Sequence record: DRR723986_3483
Reading direction: 5' to 3' (one strand)
Length of the DNA stretch: 64,000 bases
Numbering within the stretch: the first letter of the stretch is position 1; each line of letters begins with the position of its first letter. Shown in pieces: positions 1 through 10,600 of this stretch. Position numbers and translations under genes: made by a program. The notes below the pieces were generated by a model, which did no database searches, was not told the DNA's origin, and was given only the letters and a program-made list of their open reading frames with translations.

Positions 1-122
1 TGCCCATCTCGCTGGAATTGGCCAATTCCACTAACTCCAGACCTGAGCTGATTAAAATGATGCTTTGCACTGATCCCCAATGCGGACACCACTCCAAGTC
101 CGGTTACATTTACGTTTGTCAA
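1..122 (-). CDS. beta-ketoacyl-ACP synthase, N-terminal part (truncated by window edge)
   Basis: Manual translation from a TTG overlapping the ACP stop gives (M)TNVNVTGLGVVSALGISAKHHFNQLRSGVSGIGQF, the typical KAS N-terminus (VTGLGVVSALG...GxSGI). Not in the ORF track. Confidence 0.8.
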   Translation of the reverse strand, partial: MTNVNVTGLGVVSALGISAKHHFNQLRSGVSGIGQFQRDG

Positions 123-373
123 GACCGACTTTTTACTATGTAATCTGCAAGTGTATTCACTGATTTGAACACCTCTCTTCCCTGTTCAGGATTCTGCAAT
201 ACCACACCAAAATTATTATCGAGCATTACTATGATTTCCAATGCATCTATAGAATCTAATCCTATGCCCGCATCTCCAAAAAGTGGCTGGTCATCTGCAA
301 TATCCTCAGGAGTCAAATCTTCCAAATTCAATTGATCTATCAAATGCTTCTTTATTTCTTCCTGTAAACTCAT
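119..373 (-). CDS. acyl carrier protein
   Basis: 84 aa, acidic, GLDSIDALE phosphopantetheine-Ser motif. Confidence 0.95.
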   Translation of the reverse strand: MSLQEEIKKHLIDQLNLEDLTPEDIADDQPLFGDAGIGLDSIDALEIIVMLDNNFGVVLQNPEQGREVFKSVNTLADYIVKSRS

Positions 374-374
374 T

Positions 375-956
375 TTATATTGATGTTAATTTCATTTTTA
401 TTCCTGCTGCTTCCACCAAGTAAAGCTGAACCTGATAATTATCCTGAAAGACATCTACCCATCCACCAAGGCAATAAGTTGCTTTCCCACTCGAAATCAA
501 CAAATCGGCTTCCAATACCCATTCTTCAAAATTGAAGTCTGGTACCAAAATAAGTAGATTTTCCCCATACCATTTATTTTTGATGGCAATTTCCCCCATC
601 ATAATGTTTGGCAAAGTATATACAAAGACCGCTGGGCTGACTTTTGTCCCTTCGTTGATCAAGTGCTGATGCTTAGTATCGGTATCTAAACTGGACTGTC
701 CATTGAAAAAACACAGTGCTACATCATCGTCCGCGAAAGTGATATCATTGTTCTTTAAAAGGTATTCTGTGCCTAGAAATGCGAGTTGGCAAAGCTTATC
801 CATCTTGAAAAACTTCGGGTAGGAAAGATTCAAATGCCTGTAAGCTAACTTTAGAAATTCCGACAAAACCTCCTCTTCAATTGAAAACAAAGGGTTCCCG
901 TCAACTATTATTTCACCGTTTTCAATAGTACATGAAGTGGTCACTTGGATTGCCAT
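375..956 (-). CDS. KS N-terminal-like / chain-length-factor-like protein (probably non-catalytic KS partner)
   Basis: YPKFFKMD and SPAVFVYTLPNI motifs typical of short KS-like proteins in Bacteroidota aryl-polyene/flexirubin clusters; no catalytic Cys/His/His set seen. Confidence 0.75.
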   Translation of the reverse strand: MAIQVTTSCTIENGEIIVDGNPLFSIEEEVLSEFLKLAYRHLNLSYPKFFKMDKLCQLAFLGTEYLLKNNDITFADDDVALCFFNGQSSLDTDTKHQHLINEGTKVSPAVFVYTLPNIMMGEIAIKNKWYGENLLILVPDFNFEEWVLEADLLISSGKATYCLGGWVDVFQDNYQVQLYLVEAAGIKMKLTSI

Positions 957-959
957 ATA

Positions 960-2078
960 TTACTGATTTTCAATTAACACTGCTGCATTACATCCACCAA
1001 AACCAGAAGCTGTTTTTAAGACCAAATCTACTTCAGCTTCAAGGTTTTCGGTCAGTACATTCAGTTCTGTTTCCGTCCCAGAAGCGGTACATCCGATTGT
1101 CTTCAGCAGCAAATTCTCTCTCATGCTTTGCATAGTCATGGCGACCTCAACCAAGCTACTTGCACCAAGTGTATGTCCAAAATACCCTTTCATACTATTG
1201 AGTGGAGTATTTAGTAAACCATGTCTGGCAAAAGCTTTAGCCTCCATTTCATCATTGAACAATGTCCCCGTGCCGTGAGCAGATACAAATTGGATTTGAT
1301 TAGAAGTTTTACCACTGTATTTCAATGCTCTCGAAACTGCTCTATAAAGCCCTTCACCATTTCGGGAAGGCCCAGAAATATGATTTGCATCATTGCTAGT
1401 CGCTCCCCCTAAGTACCGCAAAGGGCTAGTTTTAAAGATAGTTTGATCCTTGGAAAGCACAAGACTAGCAGCTGATTCACCTAGATTCAATCCTTTTCGG
1501 TCCTTATCAAAAGGCTTGCATAGCTCAGAATCCAAAGCAAAAAAAGACTCAAACCCCAGACTAGTGAACTCACTTAGAGAATCTGCGCCCACAACCAATG
1601 CATGATCTATCTGATCTGCCGCAATCTTATCAGCCGCATAGATCAGCGCTGCTAATCCTGAAATACAGGCACAGGAAATCACTTTTCCCTGACTTTCAAA
1701 AGGTAACTCCTTCTGAAGTTGCTGCATCAAATAATGTGGATTTGAGCGATATGAATCCCCACTCTTCAGTTGATTGATATCGCCCTTTGTAGTGCTAAAC
1801 ACAAACAACCAGCGCTCATCCAACTGATGCTCGAAGTGCAACTCCTCCAAACTTCCTCTGCAACTTTCTCCTGCAAATTCTTGGATCGGAGAGTCTGTAG
1901 AAAAAGAAGAATCATCAAATTTCGCAGCAAATAGATTTGAAATTCCAGGAAATGGCTCCTCCAATTGCTTGAGTCCAGTTTTGCCATTCTTGGCATTGGA
2001 AAAAGTCTCCTGAATCCCCCAGCCTAGCGGAGAAATCACATTCTCTCCTCCCAAATAAACATTTATTTTTCCAGCCAT
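960..2078 (-). CDS. beta-ketoacyl-ACP synthase (aryl-polyene/flexirubin type)
   Basis: SCACISG (catalytic Cys), SAHGTGT, GHTLGA, SGFGG; likely start MAGKINVY at 2078 (ORF track starts at 2096). Confidence 0.92.
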   Translation of the reverse strand: MAGKINVYLGGENVISPLGWGIQETFSNAKNGKTGLKQLEEPFPGISNLFAAKFDDSSFSTDSPIQEFAGESCRGSLEELHFEHQLDERWLFVFSTTKGDINQLKSGDSYRSNPHYLMQQLQKELPFESQGKVISCACISGLAALIYAADKIAADQIDHALVVGADSLSEFTSLGFESFFALDSELCKPFDKDRKGLNLGESAASLVLSKDQTIFKTSPLRYLGGATSNDANHISGPSRNGEGLYRAVSRALKYSGKTSNQIQFVSAHGTGTLFNDEMEAKAFARHGLLNTPLNSMKGYFGHTLGASSLVEVAMTMQSMRENLLLKTIGCTASGTETELNVLTENLEAEVDLVLKTASGFGGCNAAVLIENQ

Positions 2079-2488
2079 ACCTGTTTTGCCTTCCATTCTT
2101 CAAAAACAGGTGGAGTAATCAATTGAAGCTCCATTTCTTCATTCACAAAGACTTGGGTTGTTTCTCCTACGGCCGCCAGCTTACCTGTTGTCTCGTTGTA
2201 AACTGTGTATTTGTAAATAACTTTTGCTGCTTGGCTAAATTGCAGTTGGGTCACCAACCTAGCCACATGCCCAAATTTGAGCACCGATTTAAACTTCAAA
2301 TTGGTCTCCACTATAGGCAGGATCAATTTGTTGTCGTACAGATCATGGTAGGACATGCCGTATTTCAATCCCAGATTTTCACGTCCATCTTCAAAAAATT
2401 TAAGGTAATTCCCATGCCACACAATCCCTAAAGAATCAACTTCAGAAAATCGAATATTAACAAGGATTTCGTCTTCTATATATTTCAC
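2063..2488 (-). CDS. acyl-CoA thioesterase (4HBT/YbgC hotdog family)
   Basis: IRFSEVDSLGIVWHGNYLKFFEDGRE motif. Confidence 0.92.
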   Translation of the reverse strand: MKYIEDEILVNIRFSEVDSLGIVWHGNYLKFFEDGRENLGLKYGMSYHDLYDNKLILPIVETNLKFKSVLKFGHVARLVTQLQFSQAAKVIYKYTVYNETTGKLAAVGETTQVFVNEEMELQLITPPVFEEWKAKQVWLEK

Positions 2489-2916
2489 GGATTGATTACA
2501 ATTTTCATTTCACATTCCAGCAGCAATTCATCCAAGTTAAAGCATTTGCCTCTGATCAACGTAATATTAAATACTTCCTGTAGAATTTCTACTTTAGTCA
2601 CTATCGTTTCTTTAGCAGCAGCAAAGCCGAATACTTTCACTTTATTTATTCCACCAATAAATCCTAAAGGCACTTCATTATCTTTCTCTCTAGCCTCTAC
2701 GCCTACCAAAGCAGCGGCAGTTTGGGCGATATTTTCCAGCATTCCTGACTCAGTGAATTGGTCTTTACTCACAAAGATATTTTCAGAAGTTATGTCAAGT
2801 TCAGTCTGAATTCCTTCTTTGGAATAAGCCATAACCCGACTGATCATCACCATTGGAGCTCTTTGTGGGATCAAAGTAGTAACAGGAATCTTGAACAAAT
2901 CTTCAGATGACATCAT
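2485..2916 (-). CDS. 3-hydroxyacyl-ACP dehydratase-like hotdog protein
   Basis: LIPQRAPMVMI...GMLENIAQTAA motif of aryl-polyene-cluster dehydratases. Confidence 0.85.
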   Translation of the reverse strand: MMSSEDLFKIPVTTLIPQRAPMVMISRVMAYSKEGIQTELDITSENIFVSKDQFTESGMLENIAQTAAALVGVEAREKDNEVPLGFIGGINKVKVFGFAAAKETIVTKVEILQEVFNITLIRGKCFNLDELLLECEMKIVINP

Positions 2917-3788
2917 TTAGACGGAGATTGAAAGAAGTCGTAATAATTAAACCATTGTTCCGGATGCTGCTTCACTTTTTCCTCCAAACATTCCACATAG
3001 TTCTCTAAAATTTCAGGGATATTCCCTGCTGCTTTTCGAGGTTTGGTAGCACTGAATTCATACCCAAATCTACTGCTCTTAACTGCAAATATAAAGGTGT
3101 AGTCAGCCTTTAGCTTATTCACAATAGAAAATGGTCCATCTGGAAAGTGTGCTTTTGAATTCAGAAAATCCGCAGTTATAGTTTTGGCTCCTGGCAAAAA
3201 CCGATCAGCATTTATGCAGATCAGTTCATTTTGCTTGTAGTGCTTATATATTTTCACTAGATGAGACATATCATCTTTGATCGGAATAATATTGAAATTG
3301 GGCTTAGAACCTATCCTATCAAGGTATTCATTAAGTTTCTCTTCCTCATTTTCATACATCAGCACATTCAATGGCACATCCAGATTTTGGAGAAGATTCC
3401 CTGCAATATCCCAATTCCCCACATGGGCTGAAAACACAAATCCACCCCTGCCGGATTTAGCCATACGGATCAATTCATCTTCTCCCTTTTGTTGGTAAAA
3501 TATGTCAGAACCTAAGCCCATGGCTAATGCAATCTTATCCAGAATACTTTGGGCCAGTAGGTAAAAATTGGATTTACAGAGTTTCTTTGCCTGCAGAGGT
3601 GAAAGTCCTAGACGATTTTGGTAAAAATCCAGGATGTGCTTCTTTGGTTCTCCCGCAAATAAATAATAATAAAAGGATATAATTTTAAGTAGAAAGTAGG
3701 TGTTTGATAAACCAAAAATGCGGAGGGATCCAACTACTATTTTATAACCTAGAACTCCTCCTTTACTTCTACCTGTCCATGAGGCCAT
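2913..3788 (-). CDS. LpxL/LpxP-family (lipid A-type) acyltransferase
   Basis: SAHVGNWD, ADR, C-terminal HPEQWFNYYDF. Confidence 0.9.
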   Translation of the reverse strand: MASWTGRSKGGVLGYKIVVGSLRIFGLSNTYFLLKIISFYYYLFAGEPKKHILDFYQNRLGLSPLQAKKLCKSNFYLLAQSILDKIALAMGLGSDIFYQQKGEDELIRMAKSGRGGFVFSAHVGNWDIAGNLLQNLDVPLNVLMYENEEEKLNEYLDRIGSKPNFNIIPIKDDMSHLVKIYKHYKQNELICINADRFLPGAKTITADFLNSKAHFPDGPFSIVNKLKADYTFIFAVKSSRFGYEFSATKPRKAAGNIPEILENYVECLEEKVKQHPEQWFNYYDFFQSPSK

Positions 3789-4036
3789 TACTTCGCACTC
3801 ACTTTTTCAAAAATCAGATCGTAAAAATCCTGATAGGTAGAAATTGACTTAAAGTCTTCTCCTGTCACTTTGAATCCAAAATTATTTTCTATCACCACTA
3901 CCAAATCCACATAGTCAAGGCTATCCAATTCCAAGGTATCCTGCAAGCTGGCAGTAGGTTCTATGACGCTTTTATCCACCTCAAATTCTTCCACAAGGAA
4001 TTCATTTATCTTCTCTATTACGATATCCTTCGTCAT
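3788..4036 (-). CDS. acyl carrier protein
   Basis: 82 aa, LELDSLDYVDLV motif. Confidence 0.95.
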   Translation of the reverse strand: MTKDIVIEKINEFLVEEFEVDKSVIEPTASLQDTLELDSLDYVDLVVVIENNFGFKVTGEDFKSISTYQDFYDLIFEKVSAK

Positions 4037-5247
4037 ACTTTCTTTATAATTAAAGTTGAATTAGTACCGCCAAATCCAAATGAATTCGACAAAACATGGC
4101 TTAATTCAGCCTTCTTTGAATTTGCAATAATATTAAGTTCCGCAGAAACTTCGTCTGGATTTTCGAAATTTATGTTCGGTGCTATGAAACTATTCTGCAT
4201 CATCAGTAGGCAATAAACAACTTCACTGGCACCAGCCATCCAGCATTCGTGACCTGTCATAGACTTAGTTGAGCTGATTGGCGTTTTGGACCCAAAGACC
4301 TCACGGAGCGCCATTGCCTCAAATTTATCCCCCACCGGAGTTGAGGTAGCATGCGCATTGACATAGTCAATTTCTTCTGCCGTAAGTCCCGCATCTTTCA
4401 GCGCCATTCGGATTGACCGTACTTGCCCATCCATGTTTGGATTGGAAATATGCTCACCATTGGAAGAAAAGCCATAGCCTACCACCTCCGCTAAAATAGT
4501 AGCTCCACGGGCCACCGCAGACTCATAGCTTTCTATTATCAAAGTTGCCGCTCCACCACTTGCCACCAATCCATCACGATCTCTATCAAATGGTCGGCAT
4601 GAAGCTTTGGGATCGTCCTCGCGTGTAGAAAACACACCCAAGCCATCAAAACTCCCAAAAGCCAATGGATCCACTTCCTGTGCTCCCCCTACTACGATCA
4701 TATCCTGCATACCAGATTTGATCATCATATAACCCATTCCAATCGCATGCGAACCAGAAGCACAAGCTGCACTGACAGTATAATTAATCCCCCGAAGCTT
4801 GTAGATCGTAGCCAAATTCATGGTGACGGTGCTGTTCATAGATTGGAAAATAGATCCAGAGCCCACCAATGTCGTGTCCTTTTTTTCCCGAATCGTATCC
4901 ACTGCTTCTATTACTGCTTTGGCAGAAGAATCATTTCCATAGATCACTCCCGCTTCATTTTCTTCAAAATAAGAAAGATCCAAGCCTGCTACTTTTAAAG
5001 CCTCCTCAGTAGCAACCACTGCATATTTAGCTTCTTCACTTAGGGTGTTTCTTTGCTTTCTGTTGAGTACTTCCTTCAAATCCGGCTCTTCTACCAAGCC
5101 TGCAAGTCTTGATCTAAAACCCATTTCCTCTCTACTAGGATCAATTGAAATTCCGCTCAATCCATTTTGCAAGGAGTATAAAACTTCTTCCAGATTTTTG
5201 CCAATACAGGAATAAATCCCTATGCCTGTGATAACAACCCTACTCAT
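4033..5247 (-). CDS. beta-ketoacyl-ACP synthase (FabB/FabF family)
   Basis: SAACASG, NAHATST, KSMTGHE, SNSFGFGGTN. Confidence 0.95.
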   Translation of the reverse strand: MSRVVITGIGIYSCIGKNLEEVLYSLQNGLSGISIDPSREEMGFRSRLAGLVEEPDLKEVLNRKQRNTLSEEAKYAVVATEEALKVAGLDLSYFEENEAGVIYGNDSSAKAVIEAVDTIREKKDTTLVGSGSIFQSMNSTVTMNLATIYKLRGINYTVSAACASGSHAIGMGYMMIKSGMQDMIVVGGAQEVDPLAFGSFDGLGVFSTREDDPKASCRPFDRDRDGLVASGGAATLIIESYESAVARGATILAEVVGYGFSSNGEHISNPNMDGQVRSIRMALKDAGLTAEEIDYVNAHATSTPVGDKFEAMALREVFGSKTPISSTKSMTGHECWMAGASEVVYCLLMMQNSFIAPNINFENPDEVSAELNIIANSKKAELSHVLSNSFGFGGTNSTLIIKKV

Positions 5248-5975
5248 GAAATCCCTCCGTTAATATTGATTACTTCGCCTGTAATGTATGCGGCCTTTTC
5301 GGAAACAAGAAAAGAAACCGTCCCAGCAACTTCTTCCGGTGTACCAAATCTATTCATTGGAATAAGCTTTTTCAATTCATCTTCCGGTAAATCCTTGGTC
5401 ATATCGGTACTGATAAATCCCGGCGCGACTGCATTCACTGTTATTTTTCGCTTGGCAACTTCCTGTGCCAAAGACTTCGTAAATGCGATCATTCCACCTT
5501 TGGAAGCAGAATAATTCGTCTGCCCAGGAACGCCTTTTACCCCGGCAAGCGAGGCTACGTTGATGATTCGACCATATCGCTTCCTCACCATATGATTGAT
5601 CACTGATTTGGTCACATTATATGCGCCCCGAAGATTGATATCTATCACATTATTGAAATCGTCCTTTTCCATGAAAACCAAGAGATTGTCTTTGGTGACT
5701 CCGGCATTATTCACTAAAACCTTGATCTGATCCTCCGGGTTCGATTTGATCCAGGAATCTATCGCTGCAGTAGTTTCTTCATAATCCTGAACTTTGAATT
5801 GAAGCAACTCCGCTGATCCTCCATGCGCTTCGATCTCGGATACGGTCTCAAGAGCCGCTGCTTCATTGCTGGCGTAATTAATCAAAATATGGAATCCGTA
5901 ATCCTGAGCCAAGGTGATGGCGATCGTTTTTCCTATTCCTCTGGAAGCTCCCGTGATCAAACAACAATCTCTCAT
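5244..5975 (-). CDS. fabG: 3-oxoacyl-ACP reductase
   Basis: TGASRGIG, NNAG, YSASK, NAVAPGFI SDR motifs. Confidence 0.93.
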   Translation of the reverse strand: MRDCCLITGASRGIGKTIAITLAQDYGFHILINYASNEAAALETVSEIEAHGGSAELLQFKVQDYEETTAAIDSWIKSNPEDQIKVLVNNAGVTKDNLLVFMEKDDFNNVIDINLRGAYNVTKSVINHMVRKRYGRIINVASLAGVKGVPGQTNYSASKGGMIAFTKSLAQEVAKRKITVNAVAPGFISTDMTKDLPEDELKKLIPMNRFGTPEEVAGTVSFLVSEKAAYITGEVININGGIS

Positions 5976-5976
5976 T

Positions 5977-7521
5977 TTATAATCCTTCTTTACTTTTTAA
6001 TAAGTTAGCCTTTAATCTGGATAAGCCTTCGTACTGAGGCTTATCCTCTTTAATAACATCTATAGATTTTCTCACAAAATCATACAATGCCTTCGAAGCT
6101 GTAGATAGCTTCTCATAACTCTGGTCTATATCTATGGCCTGGGCGATAGCAGCTAACTGGACAGAGAGCACCTCAAAGGTATTATTAATCACCCGCTCTG
6201 CCATCAGGGCCGAATTCGTGCCCATGCTTACAATATCCTGATTATCTCCATTATTTGGAATGGAGTGCACATATACTGAATTGCTTAAAGTCTGATTTTC
6301 GGCAGTGGTACTTACTGCTGTAAACTGCATTCCCTGCAAGCCGAAATTGAAGCCCAACTTGCCCATATTCAAGAAAGCAGGAAACTTGTTGTTTAGGCGA
6401 TTATTCATCAAGTAATTGATCTGACGCTCCATCAGCATGCTCATTTTGGTCACACCGATCTTGAGCTTATCCATTTCGAAGGAAATATAGTCTCCATGAA
6501 AATTCCCTCCATGATATACATTCTCCGTATCAGCACATACGATAGGATTATCATTGGCCGAATTGATCTCCTCTTCCACTATCTTTTTTGCATTCAAATA
6601 AGTATCGTAAATCGGACCGATGATTTGGGGAACGCATCTCAAGGAATAATATTCCTGCACTTTTTCTGAGAAAAACTCCTGACCGTCAATGTATTCTTCA
6701 TTGAACAAATGGTCTTTTCTATTTTTCAAAACATTGCCATCAGCTAAATTCTCCCGCATCTTCTGGGCGATAAATTGCTGACCAGGATGAAGTTTTGTCC
6801 CATTCAGTTCCTCGCTAAAAGAATCAGTATAGGAAGCCGTCAACTCATTCATCACAGACGAAGCCAGCACACTGTAATGCAAAAGTGTAGAAGTCTGAAT
6901 CAAATTAATCGTCGCCAAACCACTCATGCAGGAAGTCCCATTGATCAGAGACAGCCCATCCCGGAGTTCTAAATCGGCCGGTTTTATATTTGCAGCTTGA
7001 AGAGCATATTCGGTAGCCACAATTTCATTTTTGAAATATGCCTTTCCTTCGCCGATCAAGCCCAGGGCTAAATGTGCCAGTTGCACCAAATCTCCACTTG
7101 CTCCTACTCCACCATGATGCGGAATCAGAGGATAAATCTCATGAGCGATATAGCTTTCCAGAGTCTTCAATACTCCTAGACTAGTTCCGGAAAACCCAAG
7201 TGCCAACGTATTCAACCTGCATATCATGATGATCTTTGTAGCGGCAGGCGAAAGGAAATCCCCAGTTCCATTGGCATGACTTCGGATCAAATTGTATTGA
7301 AGTTCTTTTAGATTCTCATCTCCCACACGATACTGAGCCATAGGACCAAAGCCAGTGTTAATCCCGTAAATGACTTTATTTTTGGAGAATTCTTTTAAAA
7401 ACTCATAAGAACGAATAGATCTCTTAAGTTGAATATCTGCTAATGCATACTCTTTATCAGCTCTTAAATAATCCTGAATATCCTTCAATTGCAGATAATC
7501 ACCCGACAGATTTCCTCTCAT
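5977..7521 (-). CDS. aromatic amino-acid ammonia-lyase, probably tyrosine ammonia-lyase (FjTAL-like)
   Basis: YGINTGFG, GVGASGDL (MIO-forming ASG), QEYYSLRCVPQ, GGNFHG, NQDIVSMG; closely resembles Flavobacterium johnsoniae TAL as recalled. Confidence 0.9.
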   Translation of the reverse strand: MRGNLSGDYLQLKDIQDYLRADKEYALADIQLKRSIRSYEFLKEFSKNKVIYGINTGFGPMAQYRVGDENLKELQYNLIRSHANGTGDFLSPAATKIIMICRLNTLALGFSGTSLGVLKTLESYIAHEIYPLIPHHGGVGASGDLVQLAHLALGLIGEGKAYFKNEIVATEYALQAANIKPADLELRDGLSLINGTSCMSGLATINLIQTSTLLHYSVLASSVMNELTASYTDSFSEELNGTKLHPGQQFIAQKMRENLADGNVLKNRKDHLFNEEYIDGQEFFSEKVQEYYSLRCVPQIIGPIYDTYLNAKKIVEEEINSANDNPIVCADTENVYHGGNFHGDYISFEMDKLKIGVTKMSMLMERQINYLMNNRLNNKFPAFLNMGKLGFNFGLQGMQFTAVSTTAENQTLSNSVYVHSIPNNGDNQDIVSMGTNSALMAERVINNTFEVLSVQLAAIAQAIDIDQSYEKLSTASKALYDFVRKSIDVIKEDKPQYEGLSRLKANLLKSKEGL

Positions 7522-7543
7522 ATTTCTCGATAATTGTAAATGA

Positions 7544-7551
7544 CAAAACTA
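7544..7551 (-). promoter_or_regulatory. putative Bacteroidota sigma70 -7 element for the TAL-FAS operon
   Basis: TAGTTTTG on the minus strand matches TAnnTTTG, about 23 nt before the TAL start; no clear -33 TTTG. Confidence 0.4.
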
Positions 7552-7680
7552 GGATATTTAGCCTTACAGAGAACCTTAGTCTTCTATTTTAACCTAATAT
7601 TTGAATTCGTAGTAAAGACTTTCCGCAGGTAGAATGTTAATATTGCATTGTTACTACACGGTTTTCGTTGTTGCAATTTT

Positions 7681-10600
7681 ATGCCCTCACTGAACAAGCT
7701 ACTTCCTATTATTCTTTTTGTCCTGGTTCTTTTGGTGGGTGCTTACAGCGCTTCTAATTTGGATATACATGAAAATCTCAACAGATCCATTCCGAACAAT
7801 CTGGATATGGATGCTCTCAAGCCAGTAATCGAACAGGGTGAAAAAGCAGTTTTTTTCTCTCTTAATGTTGAGGATTTCAATGGCGACCATTACAAAATAG
7901 ACAGCGCCGGGAATGCGCTAATCACAGCTTTAAATCCCCTGTTTTCTTCCCAACTGGGGACACTTCAGTATCGAACAGACATTGATCCCGATGTATTCAA
8001 TTCATTCGTTCAAGAGCATCTTTATTTATTTCTCGAGAAAAGCGATTACGATGCTATTGATAGTCTGCTGGAAAATGAAAATGTAGTTAAAGCCTTGGCA
8101 GAGGATAAGAAGCTTCTTAGCAGTGCCCAAGGTTTTGGATTGGCAGAGTCTATCACTCATGATCCGCTTCATTTCAATCAATTTGCATATAAAAGACTTT
8201 CGAAGGGACTTTCTCTTCAAAACATGCTCGCTACCGAAGGTTTATTTATTACCACAGATAGAGCTAGTTTGATGATCAATGGCACAGTTCTTTTTGATCC
8301 GAAGGAAGTAAGTAATGTCCAGCTATTTGATGAGCAGTTAAGCGAATTCAAAGACAATTGGAATCAAAACTCCTCCAATCCTGAGCTGGATTACTTTGGC
8401 TCATTTGCCATAGTAGCTGCTAATGCCAAACAGATCAAAAATGACATCATTCTCACGGTTAATCTCGCGCTAATTTTCATTGTTGGGCTGCTTTATTTCT
8501 ATTACCGAAAACTCTCTACCATTCTATTTTTTGTGCTTCCCGGCACCTTTGGAATTGCATGTTCGATTATTTTAGTCTATTTATTCAAAGGAGGGATTTC
8601 TGCCTTGGCGTTAAGTGCCAGTGCTGTGATCATGGGAATCGTGGTCGATTATTCTTTCCATTTCTTTTCTCATTTGAGTCAGGACAAGGATGCAATCAAA
8701 ACCCGAAACAGTATCGCTTTCCCTCTCATAGTCAGCAGTTTCACGACTATCATTGCTTTTTTCTCTTTGACCTTCGCCAACTCGGAAGCACTGCGTGATT
8801 TCGGTATGTTCACGGGTTTGAGTTTGCTTTTCACCTTACTGTTTATCCTATTTCTCTTGCCTCATTTGATCCTGCTTTTGGGCAAAAAAACCATGCAGGA
8901 AGGGAGTAGCAAACTGGATTTCCTGATAGAAAAATTTAGCTCAGATAAGATAAAGCAACCTAAATGGTTATTATTCATCATCCTTTTGACGACAGGTTTT
9001 CTGGCCTTTTTTGCAAATGATGTGGCTTTCGAAAATGATCTCAACAAGCTCAATTTTTACCCGGATTATCTCAAAAAGAAGGAAATCGCGCACCAAAACA
9101 TCAATCCTGACTCAGAAAAGCGAATTACTATAGTCGCTCATGGAGAAACTGAAAATGAGGCTGCAGCGAATAACAGGGTGCTTTATGAAGCGTTAACGAA
9201 AAATTCGGTTAATAGCAATCAGCAGGTAAACTCTATAGCTTCCTTTGTACTGCCAGCGGAAGAAATCCAGCAAAAGTCCCAGGCTTGGGAAGGATATTGG
9301 GAAGAAAATGAAGACAAATTCCTGTCTCACTTTACCTCCGTAGCCGATTCGATGGGCTACAGTTCCAGTGCCTTTTCTCCTTTTGTCCGAAGCATTCAGG
9401 ATGCTCCCGAGCAGGTCAATACTGTTGAATTTGCTACTCAATTTGAAAGCCTCCAAAAGCTGATCATCCAGGATCAAAACACCAGCATTCTTTCTACAGT
9501 AGTTTTCGAAAAGGAAGATTACGAACAATTGAAAGCAACTATCTCAGCAGTGCCCGGCACATTTATCGTCGATGGAGAAAGTGTTGCAGAATCACTGGTA
9601 AATTCGGTGAAGGCTGATTTCAATTTGCTGCTGATCATAGCCAGTGTTCTGGTTTTTGTATCAATGCTGCTTGTATATGGTAGACTTGAATTGACGCTGA
9701 TTTCCTTCCTTCCTATGGTGCTGAGTTGGATCTGGATTTTGGGTTTGGCAGCACTTTTCGGGATCAAGTTCAACTTCATCAATATCATGATCGCTACGAT
9801 CATTTTCGGCCTGGGAGATGATTTCTCCATATTCATCACCGATGGATTGCAGACCAAATACAGGTATGGAAAGAACGCCTTAGCAACCAATAAAGCAGGA
9901 ATTCTACTTTCCTCCATCAGTACGATTATCGGGACAGGCGTCTTGTTTTTTGGACAGCATCCTGCGATCCGATCCATAGCAGCCATTAGTGTGATTGGCA
10001 TTAGCACGATCGTTATCTTGAGTTTTGTGGTTCAGCCGTTTATGTACAAAATGCTCATCACCAGACGCACAGATCAAGGCAAACCTCCTTACACTTTACT
10101 AGAGTTGGCTATAAGCATTTTCGCTTTCTCATTCTTTTTCCTGGGCTGCTTGATCAGTACCATCTTGACGGTTATCGTGATGATTACGCCTTTTTGGAAG
10201 CTGAAGAGCAAAAAGCTATTCGTACATCGTCTGGTCCAGTTTTTCACCTGGGCTCTGCTGAAATGTATGGTATTTCTCAAGAAGCGATACTACGATTATG
10301 AGTTGCTGGACTTCAGCCGACCTTCGGTAATCATAGCAAACCATAGCTCATTTTTGGACATTTTATATATCGCCATGCAACATCCGAAAATCACATTTTT
10401 GGTTGGACCATGGGTTTACAACTCCCCTATCTTCGGCAAGTTTATCCGCTTTGCAGATTACATTCCTGCATTTCTTCCTATTGAGGACAGCTTAGAAAAG
10501 CTGCAAGATTTGGTCGCTGATGGTTATTCTATTTTGGTTTTCCCCGAAAGTCATAGATCAGTAGATGGGAAAATGACTCGATTCCACAAAGGTGCATTTT

